Below are positions 35,651 to 43,442 of a stretch of DNA of 64,000 bases, one piece after another. How positions within the stretch are numbered: position 1 is the stretch's first letter; each line of letters starts with the position of its first letter. The translations under genes were made by a program, and so were the position numbers. The DNA lies in assembly GCA_043800695.1 (NCBI GenBank), contig JAZDMU010000002.1, positions 126,903-190,902 on the forward strand, given 5' to 3'. The DNA comes from Bacteroidota bacterium (GTDB lineage: Bacteria > Bacteroidota > Bacteroidia > Bacteroidales > VadinHA17). The notes under the pieces are model-generated. The model worked only from the letters and a program-made list of their open reading frames with translations. It was not told the origin of the DNA and ran no database searches.

Positions 35651-37009
35651 TCAGGAAGGGAATTGGATATCGGCAATAGCGTCATCCACTTCTGCCTGGG
35701 TCATTTCATGATCGGGAAGGTTGCCTTCGAAGTACTTTTCATACGCGGATATATCCATATGTCCGTGGCCGCTGAGGTTGAAGAGAATTGTTTTTGAGAC
35801 TCCTTCAATATCAGCTTTCCTGGCTTCATCAAGCGCACCTGCGATTGCATAATTCGACTCGGGTGCGGGAAGGATACCTTCGGTTCTTGCAAAGAGCACA
35901 CCTGCCTCGAAACACTCTCTCTGCATCTTGGCCTTTGCCTCAACGAATCCGTCCTTAAGAAGCTGGCTTACAAGCACTCCGGCTCCGTGATAGCGCAGAC
36001 CTCCTGCATGGATCTTTTCCGGGATAAAATCATGTCCCAGTGTATACATGGGAAGGAGCGGGGTCATGCCTGCTGAATCGCCGAAATCGTACATGAATTT
36101 TCCTTTGGTTAGTTTAGGACACGATGCCGGTTCAACAGTGACAAGCCTTATGTCTTTTTTGTTGACCAATTTTTCACGAAGGAAAGGAAATGCTATTCCT
36201 GAGAAGTTTGAACCTCCCCCGAAACAACCGATCACCACATCTGGATAATCACCTGCCTTTTCCATTTGTAATAGCGCTTCCAGTCCGATAATGGTCTGAT
36301 GCAGAATGACATGATTAAGCACGCTTCCCAGTGAGTATTTAGTATATGGGTCCTGAACTGCCACTTCCATAGCTTCAGAGATAGCAATACCAAGGCTGCC
36401 CGGTGAATCCGGATCCTTTTCAAGGACATTCCTTCCGGCTACGGTCATGGTGCTGGGAGAAGGCACAACTTTGGCATTATATGCGTTCATCATGATTTTT
36501 CTCCCGGGTTTGTTGTCATAGCTTACCCTTACCATGAATACAAGCAGTTCGAGACCGAAATGATTGCATGCAAAGCTCATGGCGCTGCCCCACTGACCTG
36601 CTCCTGTTTCAGTTGTGATCCTCTTGATTCCCTCCTGCTTGTTGTAATATGCCTGGGCAATGGCAGTATTGGCTTTATGTGACCCTGAATAATTTCCACC
36701 TTCGTATTTATAGTAGATCTTGCTCTTTGTGCCAAGTGCCTTTTCAAGGTTATGAGCCCTGAAAAGGGGAGAGGGGCGGAATGTTTTGTAGAGGTCTAAA
36801 ACCTCTTCCGGGATGTCAATATATCTCTCGGTCGATACCTCCTGCTTAATAAGTTCCATCGGGAATACAGCAGCGAGGTCTGCGGGACCCACAGGCTGAC
36901 GGGTTACAGGATTGAGTGGCGGCAATGGTTTGTTGGGCATATCGGCCTGGATATTATACCACTGGCGCGGCATCTCTTTTTCGGTTAAAAGGATTTTGAA
37001 TTTTTTCAT
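35651..37009 (-). CDS. trpB2: TrpB-like PLP-dependent enzyme, tryptophan synthase beta chain type 2
   Basis: 452 aa. It has the characteristic long TrpB2 N-terminus (…MPRQWYNIQADMPNKPLPPLNP…), the PLP lysine region (…GGNYSGSHKANTAIAQAY…) and GGGSNFSG. Confidence 0.85.
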   Translation of the reverse strand: MKKFKILLTEKEMPRQWYNIQADMPNKPLPPLNPVTRQPVGPADLAAVFPMELIKQEVSTERYIDIPEEVLDLYKTFRPSPLFRAHNLEKALGTKSKIYYKYEGGNYSGSHKANTAIAQAYYNKQEGIKRITTETGAGQWGSAMSFACNHFGLELLVFMVRVSYDNKPGRKIMMNAYNAKVVPSPSTMTVAGRNVLEKDPDSPGSLGIAISEAMEVAVQDPYTKYSLGSVLNHVILHQTIIGLEALLQMEKAGDYPDVVIGCFGGGSNFSGIAFPFLREKLVNKKDIRLVTVEPASCPKLTKGKFMYDFGDSAGMTPLLPMYTLGHDFIPEKIHAGGLRYHGAGVLVSQLLKDGFVEAKAKMQRECFEAGVLFARTEGILPAPESNYAIAGALDEARKADIEGVSKTILFNLSGHGHMDISAYEKYFEGNLPDHEMTQAEVDDAIADIQFPS

Positions 37010-37043
37010 GGTTTTAAGTATTAATGGTTAATAGTAAATTCAT

Positions 37044-37076
37044 AAATAAAAAAGGCACGCTGTGAACAGCGTGCCC
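37044..37076 (-). terminator. Attenuator terminator upstream of trpB2
   Basis: The minus strand reads GGGCACGCTG-TTCA-CAGCGTGCC followed by TTTTTTATTT. It ends 34 nt before the trpB2 ATG. Confidence 0.7.
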
Positions 37077-37124
37077 ATGGATATAAGTATCTTTTTAAGG
37101 TTATATAATGGCCTGTCTCACAGC

Positions 37125-37175
37125 TTAATCAGAATAGCTGCACCAGCACCAATTGTATGTCCTTGTAAATTTCAT
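37125..37175 (-). CDS. Trp leader peptide MKFTRTYNWCWCSYSD
   Basis: I translated the minus strand by hand: ATG AAA TTT ACA AGG ACA TAC AAT TGG TGC TGG TGC AGC TAT TCT GAT TAA. It has two Trp codons in 16, lies 52 nt after the aroA stop and ~48 nt before the terminator hairpin. Confidence 0.65.
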   Translation of the reverse strand: MKFTRTYNWCWCSYSD

Positions 37176-37227
37176 TAATGCAAATCTATAAAAAAATTTA
37201 TATCTGCAAGCAAAAAGGAAAAAATAA

Positions 37228-38475
37228 TTAATAAACCTGTGCTCCAAGTTTTTTCATATCGTTGAAGAATTCCGGATACGATTTTGCCACGCAGTATGAA
37301 TCTGTAATGAACATCCTGTCATCGGCGCGGAGTGCAGCTACTGCTGCTGCCATTGCAATGCGGTGATCGTTGCGCGGATCGATAAGCGCTCCCTTCACAT
37401 CTCCGCCGGTGACCAGCATGGTATCTCCCCTGATCTCAATGCCGATATTCATTTTACCAAACTCTTCTTTCAGCACTATTGCCCTGTTGCTCTCCTTATG
37501 CATAAGGCGTGAAACCCCCTTTATGACCGACACTCCGCTGCAGCACGCCGCCAGCACGACCAGAGGAGGAAAGAGATCAGGTGATTCCGTAGCATCAAAT
37601 TTAAATGCCCTGAGCCCTGACCTGGATATCCTGACCGATTTTTCCTTGATGGTCATCCTGGCGCCTGCTGATTCGAGAGCACCGAGAATAGCTTTATCGC
37701 TCTGCCTGCTGTCGGCGCGGAGACCGTTCACTGTTATCTCGCCGTTAATGGCTCCGGCAACCAGGAGAAATGCTCCGCCGCTCCAGTCACTTTCTACTTC
37801 AAATGTCACTCCCTGGTATTTCTGATTGCCCTTTATATTAAAAAGGGAATAGTTATTGTTCTCGACTCTGATCCCGAATTTATCGAGCACCTGGAGAGTC
37901 ATATCGATGTAGGGTTTGCTCTTAAGGTTTCTGACAGTAATCTCAGAATCTTCCTTTACCAGCGGGAGCGCCATGAGGAGCCCTGTTACAAGCTGGGAAC
38001 TGACCGATCCGTCAACTGTGCATTTGCCTCCCTTCAGGGGACCCTTTATTGTCAGCGGGACATATCCGCCATCAGTTTTGCAGGCAACACCCAGCTGAAC
38101 AAGCGCCTCTTCGATCATGGTCATCGGTCTCTTCCTGAGTGAGCCTGACCCGGAAATTGTAATTGTATAAGGATTCAATGCTGCGATCGGAGAGAACATC
38201 CTTATCGCGAGACCTGATTCGCCGCAGTAGAGCTTCTTTTCCTTCAGTCTGCCTCCTCCCTTGATCTTCACCTTTTTAAGCCCTGTCTGAATCTCAGCGC
38301 CCATTGAAGCTGCTATGCCCAGTGCAGCTTTTGAATCTTCGCACCCTGACGGATTCAGGATAGTCGATTCAGTCTCTGAAAGGAGAGCGGCCGCGATAGC
38401 TCTCTGGGTCATGCTTTTTGAGGGCGGAGCAGTTATTTCGCCTTTTAAAACCGAAGGGACTACTGTCTTCTCCAT
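37228..38475 (-). CDS. aroA: 3-phosphoshikimate 1-carboxyvinyltransferase (EPSP synthase)
   Basis: 415 aa. …LKGEITAPPSKSMTQRAIAAALL… and …LMHKESNRA…DHRIAMA… are EPSP synthase signatures. Confidence 0.9.
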   Translation of the reverse strand: MEKTVVPSVLKGEITAPPSKSMTQRAIAAALLSETESTILNPSGCEDSKAALGIAASMGAEIQTGLKKVKIKGGGRLKEKKLYCGESGLAIRMFSPIAALNPYTITISGSGSLRKRPMTMIEEALVQLGVACKTDGGYVPLTIKGPLKGGKCTVDGSVSSQLVTGLLMALPLVKEDSEITVRNLKSKPYIDMTLQVLDKFGIRVENNNYSLFNIKGNQKYQGVTFEVESDWSGGAFLLVAGAINGEITVNGLRADSRQSDKAILGALESAGARMTIKEKSVRISRSGLRAFKFDATESPDLFPPLVVLAACCSGVSVIKGVSRLMHKESNRAIVLKEEFGKMNIGIEIRGDTMLVTGGDVKGALIDPRNDHRIAMAAAVAALRADDRMFITDSYCVAKSYPEFFNDMKKLGAQVY

Positions 38476-38496
38476 AAACCTGTTAATTACAGCTTT

Positions 38497-39600
38497 TTAT
38501 TCCTTAATAATGCCATTGTTCATTATCCTCATCTGGTGATTGATCGATTCCTGGTGAATAGCCTTGAAGATGGTATCGATCATTTCCGGGCTGAGCCCTT
38601 TCGTCTTGCCTTTTATCATAACCCTTTTCACAATTTCATCCCAGCGCATGCTCTGTAAGATAGTAATATTATTTTCTTTTTTATAGCGGCCTATCGTTTC
38701 CGCCACCTTCATCCTCTGCTCTATCAGGTCGATAAGATGGTCATCAAAAATATCGATCTGCTGCCTCAGTTCCCCAAGCACATCAAGAAGCCTGGGATCT
38801 GTAGGTGAAGGATTGCGGAGTATCAGCCTGCTCAGAAGCTCATTCAGCTCGCCGGGGGTAATCTGCTGCTGGGAATCGCTCAGGGCATTGTCGGGGTCGA
38901 TGTGAGATTCGATCATCAGCCCGTCGTAATTCAGATCAAGAGCTTTCTGGGATATCTCATGAATGAATTCCCTCGTGCCTGAAATATGGCTCGGATCGCA
39001 TATCAGGGGAAGATCGGGAATTCGTCTTCTGAGTTCAATGGGGAGCTGCCAGTTCGGCTGGTTCCTGTAGGAGGTCTTTTCATAGGCTGAAAAACCCCTG
39101 TGTATCGCACCAAGCCTTTTGATCCCGGCTTTGGCAATGCGCTCAATGGCTCCTATCCAGAGCTCAAGGTCGGGATTGACAGGATTTTTTACAAGCACCA
39201 TCACATCGACCCCGTTGAGAGCATTCGAAATCTCCTGCACCGTAAACGGGTTGACAGATGTGCGTGCACCGATCCAGAGCATGTCGATACCGTATTTCAG
39301 CGCCTCGTAAACATGCTTTTCGTTCGCCACTTCTGTTCCAACAAGCAGCCCGGTCTCCTCCTTGACCCTCTTGAGCCATTTCAGCCCCTCATATCCCACG
39401 CCCTCAAATGAGTTCGGACGGGTGCGGGGCTTCCATATCCCGGACCGGAACACACTTATTTTTTTCAGGGAGGCAAGCTGCCTTGCAGTCTCAAGCACCT
39501 GGTCCTCAGTCTCGGCGCTGCACGGGCCTGATATAAGGAAGGGCCTTCCGTTATAACCTCTCCACTCCTTCAGGGGTGATGTATCAAGTTTTACAACCAT
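38497..39600 (-). CDS. Bifunctional 3-deoxy-7-phosphoheptulonate synthase (type I-beta) / chorismate mutase
   Basis: 367 aa with a KDO8PS-like DAHPS core (…GPCSAE…FRSGIWKPRT…CDPSH…). The C-terminal CM_2 domain reads (…LRQQIDIFDDHLIDLIEQRMKVAETIGRYKKE…). Confidence 0.85.
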   Translation of the reverse strand: MVVKLDTSPLKEWRGYNGRPFLISGPCSAETEDQVLETARQLASLKKISVFRSGIWKPRTRPNSFEGVGYEGLKWLKRVKEETGLLVGTEVANEKHVYEALKYGIDMLWIGARTSVNPFTVQEISNALNGVDVMVLVKNPVNPDLELWIGAIERIAKAGIKRLGAIHRGFSAYEKTSYRNQPNWQLPIELRRRIPDLPLICDPSHISGTREFIHEISQKALDLNYDGLMIESHIDPDNALSDSQQQITPGELNELLSRLILRNPSPTDPRLLDVLGELRQQIDIFDDHLIDLIEQRMKVAETIGRYKKENNITILQSMRWDEIVKRVMIKGKTKGLSPEMIDTIFKAIHQESINHQMRIMNNGIIKE

Positions 39601-39611
39601 ATGTAGATGAA

Positions 39612-40457
39612 TTAGTTCAGTATCTTCTTGATCTTGTTGGCTTCTTCCATCAGTGATTTTAATCCTTCCATATCACGCTCCAGGATCAACTTCCGGAAGA
39701 GATTCATTTTTTCAATATAAGTATCTATTACTTCAATAATATAATCGGCATTTTCAATAAATATCGGAGCCCACGTTTCACCGTTGCTTTTTGCCAGACG
39801 AACGGTGCTTTCAAAACCTCCTCCTGCAAGTGTAAGGATATTTTCTTCCTCCTGTTCCTTTTCGAGAACACTAAGTGCAAGAGAGAAGGAGGTGATGTGT
39901 GATATGTGCGATACATATGCAACATGGATGTCATGCACTGCGGAGTTCATATAAGAAAGATGCATGTTGAGCATCTTAAGCATCTTCTCGATCATGCTTA
40001 GAGCATCAGGATCGCTGAGCTCAGGATCACAGATGATCGCAGTCTTATAGTCAAAGAGCTTACCTATCGCTGCAAGCGGTCCGGAGTACTCTGTGCCTGC
40101 CATTGGATGAACAGCCACATACCTGCCCCGTGCCGGGTGGTCCCTGGATATTTCGGCAATACTGCCTTTTGTTGATCCCATATCGGCGACGACCTTTGAC
40201 GTTCCTGCTATCCTGTCAAGTATGGCGGGGAGCATAGTGCAGTTTGAACTTACCGGAGTGCAGAGCAGGATCAGATCGCTTCTGTCAACTGCATTTTGAA
40301 GTGAGTCCGTCTCGTCAACAATACCGCAGAGCTGAGCGATATTGCAGTGCTGGATACTGCTATCGACACCGATTATCCTGTCGGCAAACTTGCGTTTTCT
40401 GAGGTCGAGCATCAGTGAGCCGCCTATCAGGCCTATTCCTACTACTGTTATAGTCAT
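39612..40457 (-). CDS. tyrA: Prephenate dehydrogenase
   Basis: 281 aa with a Rossmann N-terminus ITVVGIGLIGGSL and …HPMAGTEYSGP…. Confidence 0.85.
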   Translation of the reverse strand: MTITVVGIGLIGGSLMLDLRKRKFADRIIGVDSSIQHCNIAQLCGIVDETDSLQNAVDRSDLILLCTPVSSNCTMLPAILDRIAGTSKVVADMGSTKGSIAEISRDHPARGRYVAVHPMAGTEYSGPLAAIGKLFDYKTAIICDPELSDPDALSMIEKMLKMLNMHLSYMNSAVHDIHVAYVSHISHITSFSLALSVLEKEQEEENILTLAGGGFESTVRLAKSNGETWAPIFIENADYIIEVIDTYIEKMNLFRKLILERDMEGLKSLMEEANKIKKILN

Positions 40458-40513
40458 GTTACTGGTTACTGGTTGCTGGTTGCTGGTTACTTGTTACTTG
40501 TTACTTGTTGTTT
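40458..40513. repeat. Perfect-register heptad tandem array (GTTACTG)2(GTTGCTG)2(GTTACTT)3(GTTGTTT)1
   Basis: Eight 7-nt units run from the base after the tyrA start codon into the last codons and stop of the aminotransferase gene (stop TAA = 40494-40496). Confidence 0.85.
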
Positions 40514-41693
40514 TTGCTCCGATGAAATTTGACGCAGTAAAATTCAGGATTCGTACTTTTGATTCGGTAAGGGTTTTCTCGTCGGCGCAGAGTGAAATGC
40601 GGATATATCTTTCACCCCGGCTGCCGAAGATGAATCCGGGTGTGATGAATACGTGAGCTTTATGAAGTATTTCATCGACAAAGGATCCGCAGTCAGATAT
40701 GTGATCAGGGATCCGGCCCCAGACGAACAAGCCTGTCTGCGACTTATCGAACCTGCATCCGAGGATATCCATTAGCTCCTCAACGATCTTCCTGCGCCGT
40801 TCATAAACGCTGTTTACATTTTCGTACCATAAAGGCGGGTTTGACAGAGCTTCCACAGCTGCAGCCTGGATGGCCCTGAACATGCCTGAATCCATATTGC
40901 TCTTCACCTTAAGGATGGTGGTTATATACTCTCCGTGCCCTGCCGCCATCCCTATCCTCCAGCCGGCCATATTGTGCGACTTGCTGAGAGAATTAAGTTC
41001 AAGTGCAATCTCTTTTGCCCCGTCAGCCTCAAGAAGGCTGTGGTATTCACTATTGAGGATAAAGCTGTAAGGATTATCATTTACAAGCAGGATATTATGC
41101 TTTAATGCAAATTTAACCAGATCTTCAAACAGTTTCAGCGATCCTCTTGTCCCTGTAGGCATATGCGCGTAGTTGATCCACATGAGCCTTACCTTGCGGA
41201 GACTGGTTTTTTCAAGTCTTTGGATATCAGGGATCCATCCTGTAGTTTCATCAAGATCATAATATCTTACAACCCCGCCAACAAGCTTTGTTACAGAAGA
41301 GTAAGTCGGGTAGCCTGGATTTGGAACAAGCACCTCATCGCCCGGGTTCACGAAGGCCATAGTGATATGCATTATTCCTTCCTTTGAACCCATCAGCGGA
41401 AGTATTTCGGTTTCCGGGTCGAGGACGACGTTGAAATACTTTTTGTACCAGTCAGCGAATGCTTTCCTCAGGGCCGGTATGCCGGTATAGCTCTGGTAAC
41501 CATGTGAAGAAGGTTTTGAGGCTTCCTCGGTCAGCTTCGAAACAGTGTTCTCAGACGGAGGCTGATCAGGGCTTCCGATGCCAAGGTTGATGATGTCGGC
41601 CCCGGCCTTGCGCATCTGGTCGATCTGCCGCAGCTTGCCGGAGAAGTAATATTCCTGGACGGTTTCGGTCCTCTTTGCCGGTTTAACTTTCAT
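40494..41693 (-). CDS. Class I/II PLP-dependent aminotransferase (aromatic/aspartate-type)
   Basis: I prefer the start at M14 of the track ORF (MKVKPAKRTETVQEYYF...). It has the PLP-lysine motif …NSLSKSHNMAGWRIG…. It sits between pheA and tyrA. Confidence 0.8.
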   Translation of the reverse strand: MKVKPAKRTETVQEYYFSGKLRQIDQMRKAGADIINLGIGSPDQPPSENTVSKLTEEASKPSSHGYQSYTGIPALRKAFADWYKKYFNVVLDPETEILPLMGSKEGIMHITMAFVNPGDEVLVPNPGYPTYSSVTKLVGGVVRYYDLDETTGWIPDIQRLEKTSLRKVRLMWINYAHMPTGTRGSLKLFEDLVKFALKHNILLVNDNPYSFILNSEYHSLLEADGAKEIALELNSLSKSHNMAGWRIGMAAGHGEYITTILKVKSNMDSGMFRAIQAAAVEALSNPPLWYENVNSVYERRRKIVEELMDILGCRFDKSQTGLFVWGRIPDHISDCGSFVDEILHKAHVFITPGFIFGSRGERYIRISLCADEKTLTESKVRILNFTASNFIGAKTTSNK

Positions 41694-42513
41694 ACAGTTT
41701 TTCTCCTTTATTGAATATCCCAAGAACTTCAAGGTCCCTTGTATAATTATCGAGCATATTTTTTATAAGTCCCATATCATGATCAGGATTAAGCTCAAGG
41801 TCAAGGTAGAACATGTACTCCCAGTCGCCGTTAAGCCTGGGAACGGACTGTATCTTTGAAAGGTTAATATCGAGTTCAGCCAGCCTTACCAGGACTGCTG
41901 CCAGCGACCCGGGCTGATGGCCGGTAGAAAAGCAGATCGAAACTTTATTGCCGTCACTGTTGGCATCTTTCTCATTGCCTAGGATCAGAAAACGTGTATA
42001 GTTTTTCTTGTATGTCTCTATACCGGGGGCAAGGATCTCCAGCCCGTAAATTTCAGCGGCTTTTACCGAGGCGATAGCCGCAACGCCGGCGAGGTTGTTT
42101 TCCCTGATCTGCTTTGCGCTTCCTGCAGTATCATCGCTTTCAATGAGCGTGACCCCTCTGAGATGATTAAGCCAGGTCATGCATTGTGAAAGGGCGATGG
42201 GGTGGGATCTTATTTCGTGGATGTCAGACAGCTGCTGGCCGGGAAGAGCCATCAGGTTCTGTCTGATCCTCAGGTTAATTTCGCCCAGGATCTTCATTCC
42301 CGATTCCCTGATCAGGGTATAATTATAAAGCATACTGCCCGAGCGGGCATTCTCAATGGCCATTATCGCAAGATCAGCGCTTTTATCCTTTACTGCCATA
42401 AGGGTGGAATCGAAAGTAGAGCATGGGACTATTTCAATTGTCTCCCCGCTGAAATAGATCCCTGCAGCTACCTCGTGGAAACTTCCTTTTTCTCCCTGTA
42501 TTGAAATTCTCAT
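41683..42513 (-). CDS. pheA: Prephenate dehydratase
   Basis: I prefer the start at M47 of the track ORF (MRISIQGEKGSFHEVAA...). It has a PDT domain and a C-terminal ACT domain (…TRFLILG…GSLAAVL…). The upstream in-frame extension crosses the attenuator and is rejected. Confidence 0.85.
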   Translation of the reverse strand: MRISIQGEKGSFHEVAAGIYFSGETIEIVPCSTFDSTLMAVKDKSADLAIMAIENARSGSMLYNYTLIRESGMKILGEINLRIRQNLMALPGQQLSDIHEIRSHPIALSQCMTWLNHLRGVTLIESDDTAGSAKQIRENNLAGVAAIASVKAAEIYGLEILAPGIETYKKNYTRFLILGNEKDANSDGNKVSICFSTGHQPGSLAAVLVRLAELDINLSKIQSVPRLNGDWEYMFYLDLELNPDHDMGLIKNMLDNYTRDLEVLGIFNKGEKLYES

Positions 42514-42525
42514 CTCTTTAACCTT

Positions 42526-42556
42526 TAAAACAAAAAGTCCCCGTTTCCGGGGACCT
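42526..42556 (-). terminator. Attenuator terminator upstream of pheA
   Basis: The minus strand reads GGTCCCCG-GAAA-CGGGGACT followed by TTTTGTTTT. It ends 12 nt before the pheA ATG (42513). Confidence 0.7.
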
Positions 42557-42595
42557 TGTATTATACTGATCAATTCTCTGTACACAAAAATCCCC

Positions 42596-42658
42596 TTATC
42601 TCTCTTTATAAAAAAAGAAATAGAAAGAATAAGCGTAATAATTGTGTACAAAATTCAT
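42596..42658 (-). CDS. Phe/Tyr-rich leader peptide MNFVHNYYAYSFYFFFYKER
   Basis: I translated the minus strand by hand: ATG AAT TTT GTA CAC AAT TAT TAC GCT TAT TCT TTC TAT TTC TTT TTT TAT AAA GAG AGA TAA. It has 5 Phe and 5 Tyr in 20 residues. Confidence 0.7.
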   Translation of the reverse strand: MNFVHNYYAYSFYFFFYKER

Positions 42659-42678
42659 TATTCAGTTGTTTTGGCTTA

Positions 42679-42708
42679 CAAATGTAATTGATTTTTTGAA
42701 AAAGCAAA
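42679..42708 (-). promoter_or_regulatory. Candidate Bacteroidota sigma-A promoter for the phe leader/aro operon
   Basis: The minus strand carries TTTG (42708-42705), an 18-nt spacer and then TACATTTG (42686-42679), which fits the TTTG / TAnnTTTG consensus. It lies 20 nt upstream of the leader ATG. Confidence 0.4.
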
Positions 42709-42735
42709 TATTATTAAAAAGAAAATGAAGATTTT

Positions 42736-42829
42736 AACCACAAAGGGCACAAAGTTCGCACGAAGAGCACAAAGGTTTTTCTTAGTGCTCTTTGTTCCCG
42801 AGTACTCGGGATTAGTGTTCTTTGTGGTT
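42736..42829. repeat. CACAAAG-word inverted-repeat element
   Basis: AACCACAAAGGGCACAAAG...GAAGAGCACAAAGG is inverted with CTTAGTGCTCTTTGT...TTAGTGTTCTTTGTGGTT. It has an internal palindrome TCCCGAGTACTCGGGA. Its last bases supply the TAA stop of hisIE (42828-42830). Confidence 0.8.
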
Positions 42830-43427
42830 AGATCCTTTTTTTATGCCGGATCTTCAATACTTGTTCGATTTCCGAAAGTGTAATCCCCTTGCATTTCAGG
42901 AGGATGAGCAGATGGTAAAGAAGGTCGGCGGCTTCGTTTCTGAACAGTTCGGGATTGTTGTCTTTTGATTCTATAATCAGCTCAACTGCTTCCTCTCCGA
43001 CTTTCTGTGCCGCCTTGTTTATCCCCTGTCTGTATACCTTATTTGTATATGAATCCGCTACATTATCATCAATTCGCTGGTTGATGATCTTTTCCAGTTT
43101 GTACAGGAATCCTCCTGATGAGTCATTATCGAAGCATGAGTTCTTCCCTGTGTGGCAGACCGGACCTGCAGGGTCGACCATTATGAGCAGCGAGTCGTTA
43201 TCGCAGTCTGCTGTTATTTTTTTAACAGTCAGATAGTTGCCAGAGGTTTCACCTTTTGTCCACAGGCGGAATTTACTCCTTGAGAAGAATGTCACTCTCC
43301 CTTCCCTGATGGTTTTTTCAAGTGCTTCCTCATTCATGAATCCGACCATCAGCACCTGAAGTGTGGTACTGTCCTGGATCACTGCCGGCACGAGGCCGTT
43401 TCCTTTGTTAAAATTGATTTGGTTCAT
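42828..43427 (-). CDS. hisI: Bifunctional phosphoribosyl-AMP cyclohydrolase / phosphoribosyl-ATP pyrophosphatase
   Basis: 199 aa with a HisI part (…GLVPAVIQD…WTKGETSGN…DCDNDSLL…CHTG…) and a HisE part (…YTNKVYRQG…KVGEEAVE…). Confidence 0.9.
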   Translation of the reverse strand: MNQINFNKGNGLVPAVIQDSTTLQVLMVGFMNEEALEKTIREGRVTFFSRSKFRLWTKGETSGNYLTVKKITADCDNDSLLIMVDPAGPVCHTGKNSCFDNDSSGGFLYKLEKIINQRIDDNVADSYTNKVYRQGINKAAQKVGEEAVELIIESKDNNPELFRNEAADLLYHLLILLKCKGITLSEIEQVLKIRHKKRI

Positions 43428-43442
43428 AAATTTATTTTTAAG

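Noticed and set aside
42514-42651. 46-codon N-terminal extension of pheA in the track ORF (MYTIITLILSISFFIKRDKG...)
   Set aside because: The extension runs through a strong terminator hairpin and overlaps the Phe/Tyr leader ORF in another frame. The conserved prephenate dehydratase start MRISIQGEKGSFHE begins at 42513.
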